A DNA stretch of 59,369 bases, filler included, from Dugesia japonica (GCA_001938525.1; 4 parts of 4 records of this genome joined end to end with filler, not necessarily neighbours in it), one strand, 5' to 3'. Positions 1-12,235 are shown, counted from the first letter of the whole stretch. Notes: generated from the letters alone by a model not told the origin. Numbers and translations: made by a program.

Positions 1-35
<35 letters not shown>

Positions 36-50
36 TATAATAATAATAAT
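1..50. repeat. (TAA)n microsatellite
   Basis: Near-perfect TAA run at the window start, followed by TGTGAGAA. Confidence 0.95.
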
Positions 51-681
51 TGTGAGAAAAATTCATAATTATGAAAATTTTGAATTGTTTTAATTGTTAG
101 AGTTATGTAAGTGGCAAAATTTAAATTAACAATGATGATGGACATCAATCCGTCAAACATAATATAAAAAGAAAACGAAAGAATCAAACGAATGAAAGAA
201 CGAATAAGAAGAGGACAACAATAACTACAATTTATGATAATTACATTAGAAAATCAGATTTCAGTGGTACTTATGTTAGTTTCCTGTACATGGTTAGGAT
301 CATTAAATTAAAACCGTTCAAATACCTAAAAACAGAAGTAAAAAACACAGTTAAACAAATTAATAATTCCTGAAACCTTACGTTGTCAAACCAACAAATT
401 ATTTGTATGATGTTATTTCCAATTTTTTTATCAATACTTAAATTACCAGCCATGATTATCTTAAATTAAAACTAAAATATTTCATTCTAAGAAACGAACA
501 AAGCTAACTTGTAATATTTAAACAAACACAAATTTTATAAATATAATACTTATTACAGTAATGATTACTACATACCTACATTTGCACCACCCGGTATTTA
601 ACCCTTCAGTTGGTTTTTTTTTCGAAATCTGGTTAATGACATAAATAGTTTGAAGTTGAAAATATTTTTTTGTAAATGATA

Positions 682-872
682 CACTCAACTCTTTTTTTAC
701 ACGGTTTTGAATTAACATGGTTCCAAATTGTATGTGCGATTAGATAACCTTTGCTCGTATTTTTTGTGTCTAGTACGAATTATTTTAATATGTGTAGCAT
801 GTATTTTTTATTCGGTTCTTTTATACATGATTTCTTGGAAACGTATCTACCGTGTAAAAAAAGAGTTGGGTG
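682..872. mobile_element. Tc1/pogo-type MITE, 191 bp
   Basis: 23-bp TIRs CACTCAACTCTTTTTTTACACGG (682-704) and CCGTGTAAAAAAAGAGTTGGGTG (850-872), 1 mismatch; TA on both sides (680-681, 873-874). Confidence 0.85.
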
Positions 873-2084
873 TATATAAAATGTAACACTGAACACATAT
901 TTATCATATTGGTCTGTGTAAATTTCTGAAATTTGCAATATTGTTTTTATTTGTTGTACAACTGAAAACATTTAATTGTTGTCTGTCTGATTGTTAGTAA
1001 TCCGATATTATCTTCCTATCACAGTAATTAAATTTTAATAATTATTTAGTAAAATAAAGAAATAGCAATATCTTTTGTATTTTTTTAAAAATATTTTAAA
1101 AAAAAACAAACATTTCAGAAAAAATACCAAACATTATTTATTTTGAATTGTAAATGTAAAGTCAAAAGCGAAAATCAATAATACAATTTTAAATTTTACA
1201 ATGAATAATTGTTGTTAAGCGTTAAAACGATAAAATATTTAAAAAAATAATTATCTCAAAGACAATTAAAATCACAAAAATTATTGGTTTTGATTATTAT
1301 TATCAAAATCAGTGTTTTTTTTCTAAAGTACATAATATTTAAATATCTATTATTTTAGAAAAATAATATATTTTTTTTACCATAGAAATAATTCAAATTA
1401 GTCAGTTTATAACTTGAGGGAAAAATTTAAAATTTATTCATAAAATTTTTGATCAATAAAAACAAATGAATAGCAAATATTTTAATAATTTAGTTAATAT
1501 TTCATAATCCACTAGATGATGGTTGATTAATATTTAATTAATTTTTTCAACTTTATTTCGTTATAATAAGACCAAACAAACACTATTTTCTACAAATGGA
1601 ATTTTAATTCCAAAATTAATATTGATAAACATTTGTATGAGGAGATGAGAACATGGTGATATTGAGACATGATTTATTTATTATATTTCATAAAATAATA
1701 GAAAATAGATTTATTTATTTATAATAATTTTTTTAAAAAAAATTAATCGAAAAATATAATTAGTAAAAATGAAAATTGGAATAGCAAAAATAGGAAAATA
1801 TTTAATTTTAAAATCAAATTCTCTGAGGTATTTCTACAAAATACAAACTGAACAGAACACAAAAGAAATTTGAATTTATAAAATAAAATAACATAAATTA
1901 ATAACTTCATTTGTTGTTAAGGTTTTTTAATGAATTTTCAGCACTCATCTAATTAAGGGAAAAAGAAATCAACAGAAATATACTTGAATGAAATGCTATC
2001 AGTAATTAAAATTGAATTTTTAGAAATTTTAAATAAATTTCTTTTTTTTGTTGAAATTTTTATTTTTATTAAAAATGGATTAAA

Positions 2085-2340
2085 AATAAATCTCATTGAA
2101 ATAAAAAAAAGGCTTCGATCAAAAATAAAATTTATTTGAAAAGAAATTCAAATTTTCGACAATAGTCTTCTTCAGGAACATGATGACTTCTTGATGGATT
2201 CAACGCAATAGATCTTTGTTACTCAATTCTTTAGATTTTATCGAAATTTTATTGGCTTATTTTAATTATGAATTTTAATTTTGAATTTACTCTCAAAAGT
2301 TTTTTAATTAAATCAAAAAGTCTTTTAGATATTTAATTAT
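2085..2340 (+). repeat. Dispersed repeat family A, copy 1
   Basis: GCTTCGATCAAAA...AAATTTTCGACAATAGTCTTCTTCAGGA...ATAGATCTTTG matches 55950-56200 and, inverted, 6385-6537. Confidence 0.85.
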
Positions 2341-2819
2341 TAGTTGGGTTTTGATATAATTTTCATATATTAGACTTTTTTAAAGTTTTTATTTCCCATT
2401 ATAAATTTTTATATATTAGTGATTTTTAAAATTTTATTCGATTATAATTTTTATATATTAGAAATTTTGAAATTTTTTACAATTATATTGTTGGATTTTT
2501 AGTATTTTGATATTTCGAATTAATATGAACTTTACACTTTCACTGTTCATTTTAGTGAATAACTAAATCCGATCTATCGTCTAGGGGCATACCTAAAAAC
2601 CGCAAGAATTTGTGTCACCTCTGTGACATGCCCCTCTTTTTCCCAGGTTCAGCGCGACTTTGCGGTATCGCGTCTTAACGTTTTCTTTCATTAATTCTAA
2701 CAAATATCTCTCTGATTTGCTCAGTATTCATTCACGGTAATTATGAAAATTAAAACTGGTCATACATAATCACTATGCGAAAAAAACTCGACATTTAAAC
2801 AGTTTTAACATTTATCGAG

Positions 2820-3135
2820 ATTTACAGCGACAGTTGCCTCTTTTTCTCGAATCCACCAACTATCTAACCATCAAGATCCACAACGCCATCTTTAGTTGAG
2901 TCTTCTTTCGACGGTTGATAATTCAGCCACAATGTTCGTATCGTGTTAAACATTGTGGATTTATCACCTCCGCCACCAATCTGTTGGCCTGCTAGAGGGC
3001 GAGTTCTTTTTCTTTCAATTGTGTGTACTTTCCTTCGAGTTTGGTTTGTGTCCCTTTAAGACGGAGTGTCTCATTTCGTAGTTCTAGTCTCTCTTCTTTC
3101 CATTTCTTGATATCCATGACATCTTTTGTTGACAT
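2820..3135 (-). pseudogene. Degraded small coiled-coil ORF
   Basis: Manual translation from ATG 3135: MSTKDVMDIKKWKEERLELRNETLRLKGTQTKLEGKYTQLKEKELAL*QANRLVAEV..., then a frameshift; lies in a GC/CpG-richer island. Confidence 0.45.
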
Positions 3136-3569
3136 TCGATTCTCCTGAGATTTATTCACTAAAGCATAATGAAAGTTGTAAATTATTTTAATATTATAAC
3201 CGAACTAAACATGTAGACAAATCAATATTATCATTAATCATTTAATCAATGCTAGTTAAGATATTAAAACGGAGGATATCAGAACACTCGAATTCAGAAA
3301 TTTTCATTTTTATCTTTTCACATCGCGACCTCACAGCTATCACTCATTTCACTTCACTAAAATTTATCTGTTAATTACTGGTACTTTTAAACAATAATAC
3401 TGAATGAAGAAAAAAATAAATAACGATATCAAACACTACTGCCTCTGCAACATTTTACTTTGACTTGTGGCTTACATATCACGCTTTTTAAAATAATTAA
3501 ACTCGCTACAATTGATTGAAAAATAATTAATTTAGGAATCACGCTGTAATAATTTTATTTATGAAAATT

Positions 3570-3914
3570 TTAATCAGCTACCAAACCACTCAGGCCAATC
3601 AAATCTCGCATTATTTCCTGTTCTTCTGCTTCGTCCGCCATCTCCGTAGCATTAGCCAGTATATAAGCATTAACTGTCTTCGGCGACGTTTCCGCGAGCT
3701 CCTCTTTGAGTCGCTTTACCTGTGCTATCAGGGACTCTCGAACCCTTTCTATCTGGCATTCTAGCGTTCGGAATTTGGTGTTCAACACTAACAACTGCAA
3801 TTGACCAATCTCGTTATCCGTCTCTAAGCTTTTTATTTCTCGGCGTTGCGTTTCCGTTTCCTTTTCTATCATTGTCTTTACTTCACTCCACTCAATCGAT
3901 GTAGGGCCAAACAT
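3570..3914 (-). CDS. Small coiled-coil protein with acidic C-terminus, probably element-encoded
   Basis: 114-aa ORF, GC-richer than flanks, heptad pattern (EIKSLETDNE...QVKRLKEELAE), acidic tail EMADEAEEQE. Confidence 0.5.
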   Translation of the reverse strand: MFGPTSIEWSEVKTMIEKETETQRREIKSLETDNEIGQLQLLVLNTKFRTLECQIERVRESLIAQVKRLKEELAETSPKTVNAYILANATEMADEAEEQEIMRDLIGLSGLVAD

Positions 3915-4445
3915 AACGAGGTCGTTTGAGATTTCGTCTACTTTTCGTCATCTAATAAATGCCAAACAAATAATATTGATTAAGATAAATATGAATAGGT
4001 TTGAAATATTAATGATATTTTTTAAGACGATTGCTTTGCATGAGGCCTCCGCTTTAATTTAATTAATTTCCTCCGCTTCATAACACGAACCAGGGAAGAT
4101 ATTCACTAGAAGCAAACATCTTTCCCCGTTATCGACAAGCTCTATGAAGAATTTCCTTAAAAATTTCCACTGCCAAAAGTGAAATGATTTAGAACTCTAA
4201 AATTTATGTCAAATTTATAAGTGATGTCTAGATTTTTTTACTTTGTGCACGAAAACGAAGCCACATAACCTTATCTCAGTATTGCATTCATAATATTCTA
4301 TCAATCACACTACAGAAAAATCTTTTACGATTAACATTCTGTTTGCATATGAAAACTCTCGATGCATTTAAAAAGAAAACTTCAACATTGATTAAAATTC
4401 AATATTAATATTTTCTTGTTTTAATATCGGATAATGCTTAAGTCA

Positions 4446-4476
4446 TAATAATAACATTAATAATAATAATAATAAT

Positions 4477-4518
<42 letters not shown>

Positions 4519-4568
4519 NNNNNNNNNNNNNNNNNNNNNNNNNNNNNNNNNNNNNNNNNNNNNNNNNN

Positions 4569-4628
<60 letters not shown>

Positions 4629-4637
4629 TAATAATAA
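4446..4637. repeat. (TAA)n microsatellite containing an N gap
   Basis: TAA run on both sides of the gap 4519-4568. Confidence 0.95.
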
Positions 4638-4640
4638 AAA

Positions 4641-5706
4641 TGTTGGGGTGAAACACCGGATTAAGGCAAAGAGAATGGCGTAAGTAAGCACGAAATTCGA
4701 AAAATTTACATAAGAAAGGAAGAAGGATTTATTTACTCATAACATTTCTTTGCCACAACCCGGAACTCGGCCAATCCGATGGAATCAATCATTGGGAATG
4801 GCACTCATACAATAGTATTAAAACATAAGTTATAAACAAATATAATTTTTACTTTTTCTATTTATCTCTGCGGCTATCTTTTCCTTTAAAATTGTCAATT
4901 AAAATTGTAACTTTTAAATTCTTTAACAAAATTTCTTAATTCAAATCAATATATGTAATTTTCAAATTATGCTTATAAATCACAAAATTTTTATTATTTA
5001 GTTCTGCTCTCCTTTCTCCTCGTCATACCGTTTTATTTCTTGTTGGAGAAAGGAATTGTTTGGCTCTCGATTAGCCTGCGTGCTTCCTGATTCGCTGCCA
5101 CTGTTCTGAATTCGGTGTGCGTAGCTCAGTGTTTTTGCACACGAACTCTTTTTGGATTTTGGTAAATTTCAACCGTCACCTCATTTGACCTCTGATGAAT
5201 CCGTTGATTTCCATCCAAAGTCCTTGTCGGAACTCCTGGTGAATAATCAGTTTCGTTTTTTATTTGCGACTGTTATCATCAGATTCAGACAAGGTAAGAA
5301 GATGACTGGACCAAATTAATTAATTTTATAATAATATGAAACGCTAATTAGAGTTATTTATAATAAATAAAACGGGTCGTAGAGGCACTTCTAATATATT
5401 ATTATATTATTGTAGATTATTTTTATTATTTAATTCTTCATTTATTTTAGCTCATATAAATTTCATTTCTGTGTGATGAAATTTGCGTCCTCTACGCCCG
5501 ATTTTCGATTTTCAATATTTTCGTAAATAATTTCATAATAATTATACTAATAATAATTACATAATAATAATGATAATTTCGTACATAATAGTTCATTTTC
5601 TGGTCCAGAACATCTACTTTGCCATCTATTGTCCGTATTTTTACTCATTTATTTCCCCACTTTTCGGGGCTACAATTTCTATTTCTTTATGTGTTTCAGC
5701 CCAACA
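4641..5706 (+). mobile_element. Solo-LTR-like element, TG..CA, 1066 bp
   Basis: Starts TGTTGGGGTGAAACAC and ends GTGTTTCAGCCCAACA (16-bp inverted termini, 1 mismatch); CCAAT at 4771 and TATAAAT at 4974; same terminus as 11995 and 26754; no clear TSD. Confidence 0.7.
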
Positions 5707-5776
5707 ATATTATAATAAAAATTTTTAATTTTTTTTTGAAATTTTTTTTGTTTTTTTAAATTATTTACTATATATA

Positions 5777-6071
5777 CAGGGTGTTAGTTATACATGGGGT
5801 AAAATTTTTTGGTTAAATGTAAAATTAAAAAGTAAGATAGGAATCCTAAAATGCTTCCTTCCGGTCGAAAAATGGGAACAAAGAAATTTAGTATTTCATC
5901 GACTTCTAATTTTTTCCATTAGTTTACATTTAAATTGAAAAATTTTCCTTTGTTCCCATTTTTCGACCAGAAGGAAGCATTTTAGGATAAAAGTTCATGA
6001 GACATTCCTATCTTACTTTTAAATTTTACATCTAACCATAAATTTTTGTCCCATGTTTAACTAATACCCTG
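5777..6071. mobile_element. Palindromic Tc1/mariner-type MITE, 295 bp
   Basis: Arms of more than 100 bp, CAGGGTGTTAGTTATACATGGG...TCGAAAAATGGGAACAAAG, inverted on the right; left arm lacks ~16 bp; TA flanks. Confidence 0.9.
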
Positions 6072-6384
6072 TAAATATAAACAGGGTTTTATTTATGTTA
6101 TATTCAAAAGGTAATATTGTAAAATTTTAAAATCAATTTTAAAATCCATTAAAATAGAATTATTTTTTTTTAAATTTATTTTTTTAAAAAAACATTTAAA
6201 AGTTTCTTTCAAATTTGTATTAAAAGAATTTTTTTTATTAATATTATTTGATTTTTTACAAATATATTTAGTTTAAACATATTATTTATTGATATTGATA
6301 TAAACTATTTTTTTCAAAATTTTTTAATTATTGCAATTGTTGAACACCACATTGATCTGAGGTTTATCCTCTTTAATTAATATT

Positions 6385-6537
6385 AATGTTCCTAAAGAAG
6401 ACTTTTGTCGACAATTTGAATTTCTATACAAATAAATTTTATTTTTGATCGAAGCCTTTTCTTTATTTTAATGAAATCTCAAATGCGATAAATGATTAAG
6501 TCCAACAATTATTCTCGCAATAATTGTAATTATAAAA
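6385..6537 (-). repeat. Dispersed repeat family A, copy 2
   Basis: Reverse complement of 55885-56040 (AAGTCCAACAATTATTCTCGCAATAATT; TTTGATCGAAGC). Confidence 0.85.
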
Positions 6538-6830
6538 TAAATTTATAACATTCTATTGATTTTATAACCTTATGCATTTTTGTAATAATGAATGCAATGA
6601 ATATTGATTTGGGAAAGAAAAAGGTATTCTGAAGTTTAAAAAATTCCGATTACTAACTAAAAATATCATTTTGATCTAAGCTTTTTTATTAATTTGAAAT
6701 TAAAAATAAATGAATTAAGAAAATAAAAAAAACAATGGAATTTTACTGTATTCCCATTTAAATTTATGCATACTCTTTGTATGCACCTAATTATTTCTAG
6801 TTTGCTTGTTAAAGTTTTTATATTATATTG

Positions 6831-7138
6831 AAGTGCTGCTCAACCAGGCGATCGCGACACGAGTTTCGGTAAATATTCTTCTACAAACTGAAAATGTTAA
6901 CTTCTAAAAGATTTTTTTTAGCAAACAAAAATAATAATTAAATAAATTAATGAAGAACTACTAAATTCTTTGTTTTTCTGTTTGCTTTTTTGTTATTAAT
7001 TATCAGCAAGTGTTCTATTTTACTTAATAAGTTCCTAAGTAAACTAAGTAAAGATCTAAATCCTTTTTTTATGAGTAGATTTCGAAGTAATTAAATTTAA
7101 AAAGTTGATCTTTAGTACAAAAAGGTTGCGCAGGCCTG
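6831..7138. mobile_element. Possible degraded hAT (Charlie/Buster-like) MITE
   Basis: Ends aAGTGCTGCTCAACC and AAAAGGTTGCGCAGGCCTG resemble hAT TIRs; no convincing 8-bp TSD. Confidence 0.35.
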
Positions 7139-10100
7139 TATTGTATTATTAGTACTATTACACAATTCTGAATATTTAAACAACTTATTGTGTAAATAAA
7201 AGACATTATTTAAAATTATCTTAACATGCTAAAAAAAAGGACTATACTTCTAAAATTCAGAAAATAATTATCAAATTGATGTTCACAATGTAACATGACA
7301 GCAATAACCATCCCTAATGAAATGGTCGTTTTCAGACTCGGATGTCATAGCAGTAGAAATGTTCAATTACTAGCGTATTGTGACAAGCCAAGTGTCACAT
7401 TTGCGAACATTATTTTATTGTATTATTTTAAACTTGAAATATAAATATATTATTAAGCAGAGAAAGTGTAATATAATATAAAAAATATAATAATATAATA
7501 AAATAATAAAATAATATATAAAGTTATATTTTAATAATAACAAATAACAAGAAAAATAAAAAGTTGAAATTAGTGAATATAAAATAATTATCTAATATTC
7601 TAATAAATTGTAAATTAAAGTGTTTGTTCGTTTCCCCCAGAGTTTTTGTATGCAAATTGATAATCCTTTTCCATTTCTTCACTACTTATGAAAATTTTAA
7701 TTAATTTTTCAGATTCATATCAATTTGGCTACCAGAGATGTAGAATTATTTAAGAAAAGAAACGTCTGAGTGTATTCAAAATTATATTCAAATTTTTGTA
7801 ATTTCGTTTGCGAGGGAATCGAATTTATTAAGATTATTTTATTAAAATCAATATTTCATTTATTACTGACTGATTTCATAGACATTTCAGATATTCAATT
7901 AATAATATTAATTATTACTATGGTCCATATTCTACGATTCAATTAGTTGTTTATCTTCTAAATTGTAAATATTTCTAAATTTCTATCATATAAATTGTAA
8001 ATTTATATATAAAAGTAAAAAAGTTTTTTGATAAAATTTTAAAATAAAAAAAAACATTTTAACTCATTATTATGTATATTTTTTGTGAGAAATGAAATAA
8101 ATAATTACAATAAAACAAATTGGAATTAAATTTAAGAAAAACAATACATTTTAATATATAAATCGAAAGTATCACAATTCTTGCAGCGAATTCTTTAAGA
8201 TTTTTAAAATTATTGCCCGGATAAATTGTTCAGAAATGTTTATTATTTAGAACTTACCAATCCATTTCGTGATTTTTAATTGGGTTGTTTCAGTTAATTA
8301 TTCTAATCATTTGTAATTGTAAGTAGAAGGCAGTAATTGAAGCATTGTAATATAAAAATAATGGATTGAAATTCGTTGTTTTAATTTTCCGGAGTTAATT
8401 TAGTTTTTTTTTTAAACGAAATGTAAATTTTGAAATGAACTTTGTAATGTGTAGATTAATTTGGAAACATCGATATCGATTATATTTTATATAATTATAA
8501 TAAATTATTTTTTGGTAAATACTTTTGATACTTGTAAAGATATTTTACTAATTTGGTATAATTCAATTGTTGTTATAGTTTATAATTAACGAATTTTTGT
8601 AATTCACATTTTCTCGTTTAATCTGTAAATCTTTATTAAAAATTGTTAATCAATTTTGCATGAACATTATCATTTATTTATCTTTAAGTCATTTGCTTAG
8701 TTGTTAATAATTTCAGAATTATTGAATTTTACGATAAGTTTATTACTATCATGTTAGAAAATGGAATAAAAGTAAATCATGGGGTTTTTAACCCTAACAG
8801 TAATAATGTAAATTAATGATACAGTACAAAATCAATTTCTTTTTTAATTTTAAATTTACCTTTAAATCGACTGGGTGTCGGAACACTTATTACTTGGTAA
8901 TCCATTTGAGGCCAATCTATACAATTCACTTTCGATCATTTTAATTTTCGTAACTTTTCCAAATTACAAAAGATACTTTTCTTTGTTACTGGTAGTTTAA
9001 TGTGAAATTTCCATAAAGTAACTTCAGTTAAGTTTAACATACTTTTACTCTTCTGTTAAGTAGTGTATTTGTATTAATTGTTTGAATTTAGTTTACAACT
9101 TCCTTTAATACTGATTAAACAGCAACAAAGAAATATAGTCGATCTATTCACTGGAAAGTTTCTAGAAATATTTCTAAATAATAAAAATTTCAATCACATA
9201 ATGAAAAAAATAACGATTTTCCTAATTTTATAAATAGTAAATTCAAATTATTCCATTTTGTGTGATGCAGTTTTTTAAATATTATTTATAAGAGAGCGAT
9301 AATCAACAAAATTTTCTCAAACCGTAATAAAATTCAAAAATCTAATCTTATGTAAAATGGTATTATTAAACTTTGTATTAATCTGATAATTAATTAGATT
9401 GATTTAAAACTTTTTTTATTAAATTTAACTTTAACATAAGTCATAACAATTACTTATAGTCTATTAAACTTCTTGATTTCAAAAGATAGCTTAAATTTTT
9501 CATCTTTAATGATATTATAATTAATTTTTTACTTTAAATAATACTTTGACAATTAGAATATACTTAAGTTATTAAAATGAACATATATTGAAAAAGAATT
9601 CATTAATATAATTACTTTTTAACATTTCATTAATTTGTTATTCAAATTTACTGCTGAATATGACTTATTAATAAATATATTTTTTTTATTATTGAAACTT
9701 CAACTGTTTATTAAAAATTTACTACTTAGATTAAAAGTGCAAACTGTAACGTGTTATATTAAAAATTTAATACTTGTGTAGGATGTTTAGATACAATATT
9801 ACAATAATATTTATGGTTGCTTTGACTATGCGTAATTTTTTTCATGCATACATACATACATACGTATATTTACCCTATTGATTTAACATCGTATCATATT
9901 GAGTAATTCTTTTATGTACATACCATAATTTTAATTTACTATAAAAAAAAGTTAAGTCTCATGTTTTAATGAAATGGAATAATTTATTTTTGTTTAAATT
10001 AAAAGATTTTAATGGCTTTTTGTTTAAATGAAGTGTAATTTTTGTTTAAATTAATTAAAATCTATCGATTTCTTTTTCTATAATGTATATTTTTTCAGAG

Positions 10101-10140
10101 CAATATTAGCATTAGCAGCGCCGGGCAATATTAACAATAA

Positions 10141-11995
10141 TGTTGGGGTCTCACCTGAGTCGAGTGGAGGAATAACTTGGCTGAAGAAAAAACAGCCCTC
10201 AGGGGAACCCTTTCAAGAATTTAACCCACCGTCCCTGTGGTAGGTTTTCAGTTTATAGCGGTTGACCCCTTCTCTTAAGGCGGGGTACACACCTACAAAC
10301 CTTTATATTCGGGTTCATTATTTTCCCTTTCATTATTAACGAAAGAAAGAAATATTTGACGAAAATTCTTTTAAAGTAAATCCAGCGCCCCTGGATCTAA
10401 CCACTGGTCTGGTTCGGTCACCAAAAAGTTGAAGGCGGCGATGTCGTCATCGTCATCCCATTGTGTTATATTTGGATTGCCTATTCGTCGAGATAAAGCA
10501 GCGATATATTGTTTCAAGAACTCGACCTTCCTTAGCAATATCTGCTTGTTTTCGTTTTCTAGGGCCTTAGTTTGATTCACCAAATCGTTTTGTTTGCGAA
10601 TTATTAGATCTAATTTCTTGATAAATTAGGCTCTTTAAAGAGCCTTATCTGCTTTGCGCTTTAGATGGCGTTCCAACAGCAAACGGCGCATGATTCGGCG
10701 ACACCTTCGCAAGCTGGTGGGGAAAATAATTCGTGGCACTAAATAAGTAATCATTAATGCTGAAGTAACCACAGTGAAAGTTATTGAATTATTCAAGTGG
10801 GCACTAAGTTAACGCATAACTTATCAGAGACTAAGAATATGCAAATTTTATTTGTAAAAAATAAAAGCTTAGACACCACGATTGGCATTGGTCCGGGTTC
10901 CCTTNNNNNNNNNNNNNNNNNNNNNNNNNNNNNNNNNNNNNNNNNNNNNNNNNNNNNNNNNNNNNNNNNNNNNNNNCATGGCTGGACCGGATGACTTCGG
11001 CAAAAGACTCTACTTGCGCTTTCCACGTTCGTTCGGGTTAGTGGCTGATATGAGAGTCGATTTCTGTTGTGAACTGAGAATCCTTATCGTCAATTAATCT
11101 TTTTCAACCGGCTAGTTGTGGTTTTCAAATTCTATTAATAATTCGGTTTAATCAATTCAGCAATGGTTTTGATCTTACTAAATAGGTTTTAACAAATTGG
11201 ATAATCGTTCTTGGTTGAGTGTTAAACGCTGGTTGCGGTTTGCTTTTCCAAATTACTATTTATTGATAACAGAGAATAATGGTTTGTGAGCTCAAAATTG
11301 ATATTTTATTATCTAATTTTCTAAAATCTGGGGTTCCTTTTATACCATTTGTTTTACACCCAAACTTCTTCTAGATTTGTTGGTTATTTTTGGGTTAACG
11401 TTTTTCTGATTCTATTGGCTACTGAGTCACTTTTTTGAAATTTTTCTTAGAATTTGGTGCTGCCATTGGCAGCTATTTTTAAAGAGACATCTGACAATTG
11501 TGTCTTTGTTATATTTTTATTTCTAGTTTTTCTATTGGCTGGATCTTGGAAACCTTGCAGTACCCTTCTGGGAGGTGATATGTTTTTCTTCTTTGTGATT
11601 TCAATTGTATCTTGATGTTCTCTCTTCATTTTTTCTTGTCCGAGTTNNNNNNNNNNNNNNNNNNNNNNNNNNNNNNNGATAAAACAGATTTTTAACTAAT
11701 TTCGCTTCTTTTTTATTTTAAAATTAATTAATTTTCTTTCGTTAATTAATTATTTTCCATACCGCTTTTTTTTGTTGTTTATTATTAAATTAATAATTGT
11801 TCTTAATTTTCAACCGTAGGTTGCTTTTATGTTACCCAGTTCTTCATATTCATCTTGGATTTTAATTCGTTCTCTTCTAATGATGCTTACAGGTTTTATA
11901 TTTCATTATTGATAACTATAGTGGTTCTGCTACCCCTTTTCTGTTGATTTGGTTTTTCGGTCCTATTCCCGTTTAGTGGGTGTTTCACCCCAACA
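10141..11995 (-). mobile_element. Long solo LTR (1855 bp) with 4-bp ATAA TSD
   Basis: TGTTGGGGT...ACCCCAACA termini; ATAA duplicated (10137-10140, 11996-11999); the empty site is present in the inverted copy near 16615-16632; minus-strand CCAAT boxes, TATAAAAG (11337-11344), AATAAA (11305-11310). Confidence 0.85.
10371..10754 (-). pseudogene. LTR-internal basic/leucine-zipper-like ORF with acidic-aromatic tail, two premature TAA
   Basis: Single frame: MITYLVPRIIFPTSLRRCRRIMRRLLLERHLKRKADKAL*RA*FIKKLDLIIRKQNDLVNQTKALENENKQILLRKVEFLKQYIAALSRRIGNPNITQWDDDDDIAAFNFLVTEPDQWLDPGALDLL. Confidence 0.55.
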
Positions 11996-12094
11996 ATAAT
12001 ATTCGATGCTCCATGGACAGTATTAGCATTAAATATTCCCTGGGCAATATTGATATTTAATATTCCCAGCGCGATATTAATATTAGTTGCTCAG

Positions 12095-12235
12095 GTTTCA
12101 TACTAATATATGTTCAATGGCTCATACTATTAGTTGCTTTAGGGCTCATACTGTTGGTTGTTCAATGGCTCATACTATTCGTTGCTCAAGGGCTCATACT
12201 ATTGGATGCTCCCTGGCTCATACTATTAAATGCTC
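12095..12235. repeat. 24-bp minisatellite
   Basis: GGCTCATACT recurs at 12119, 12143, 12167, 12191 and 12215. Confidence 0.9.

Noticed and set aside
4438-4691. Poly-I and poly-L ORFs
   Set aside because: Translations of the (TAA)n microsatellite.
5192-5285. Hammerhead ribozyme cores (CTGATGA on both strands)
   Set aside because: Neither has a paired stem II followed by GAAA.
6600-6792. Possible mariner 3' end (..TGTATGCACCTAAT)
   Set aside because: Only a TIR-like tail; no convincing transposase motif or partner TIR.
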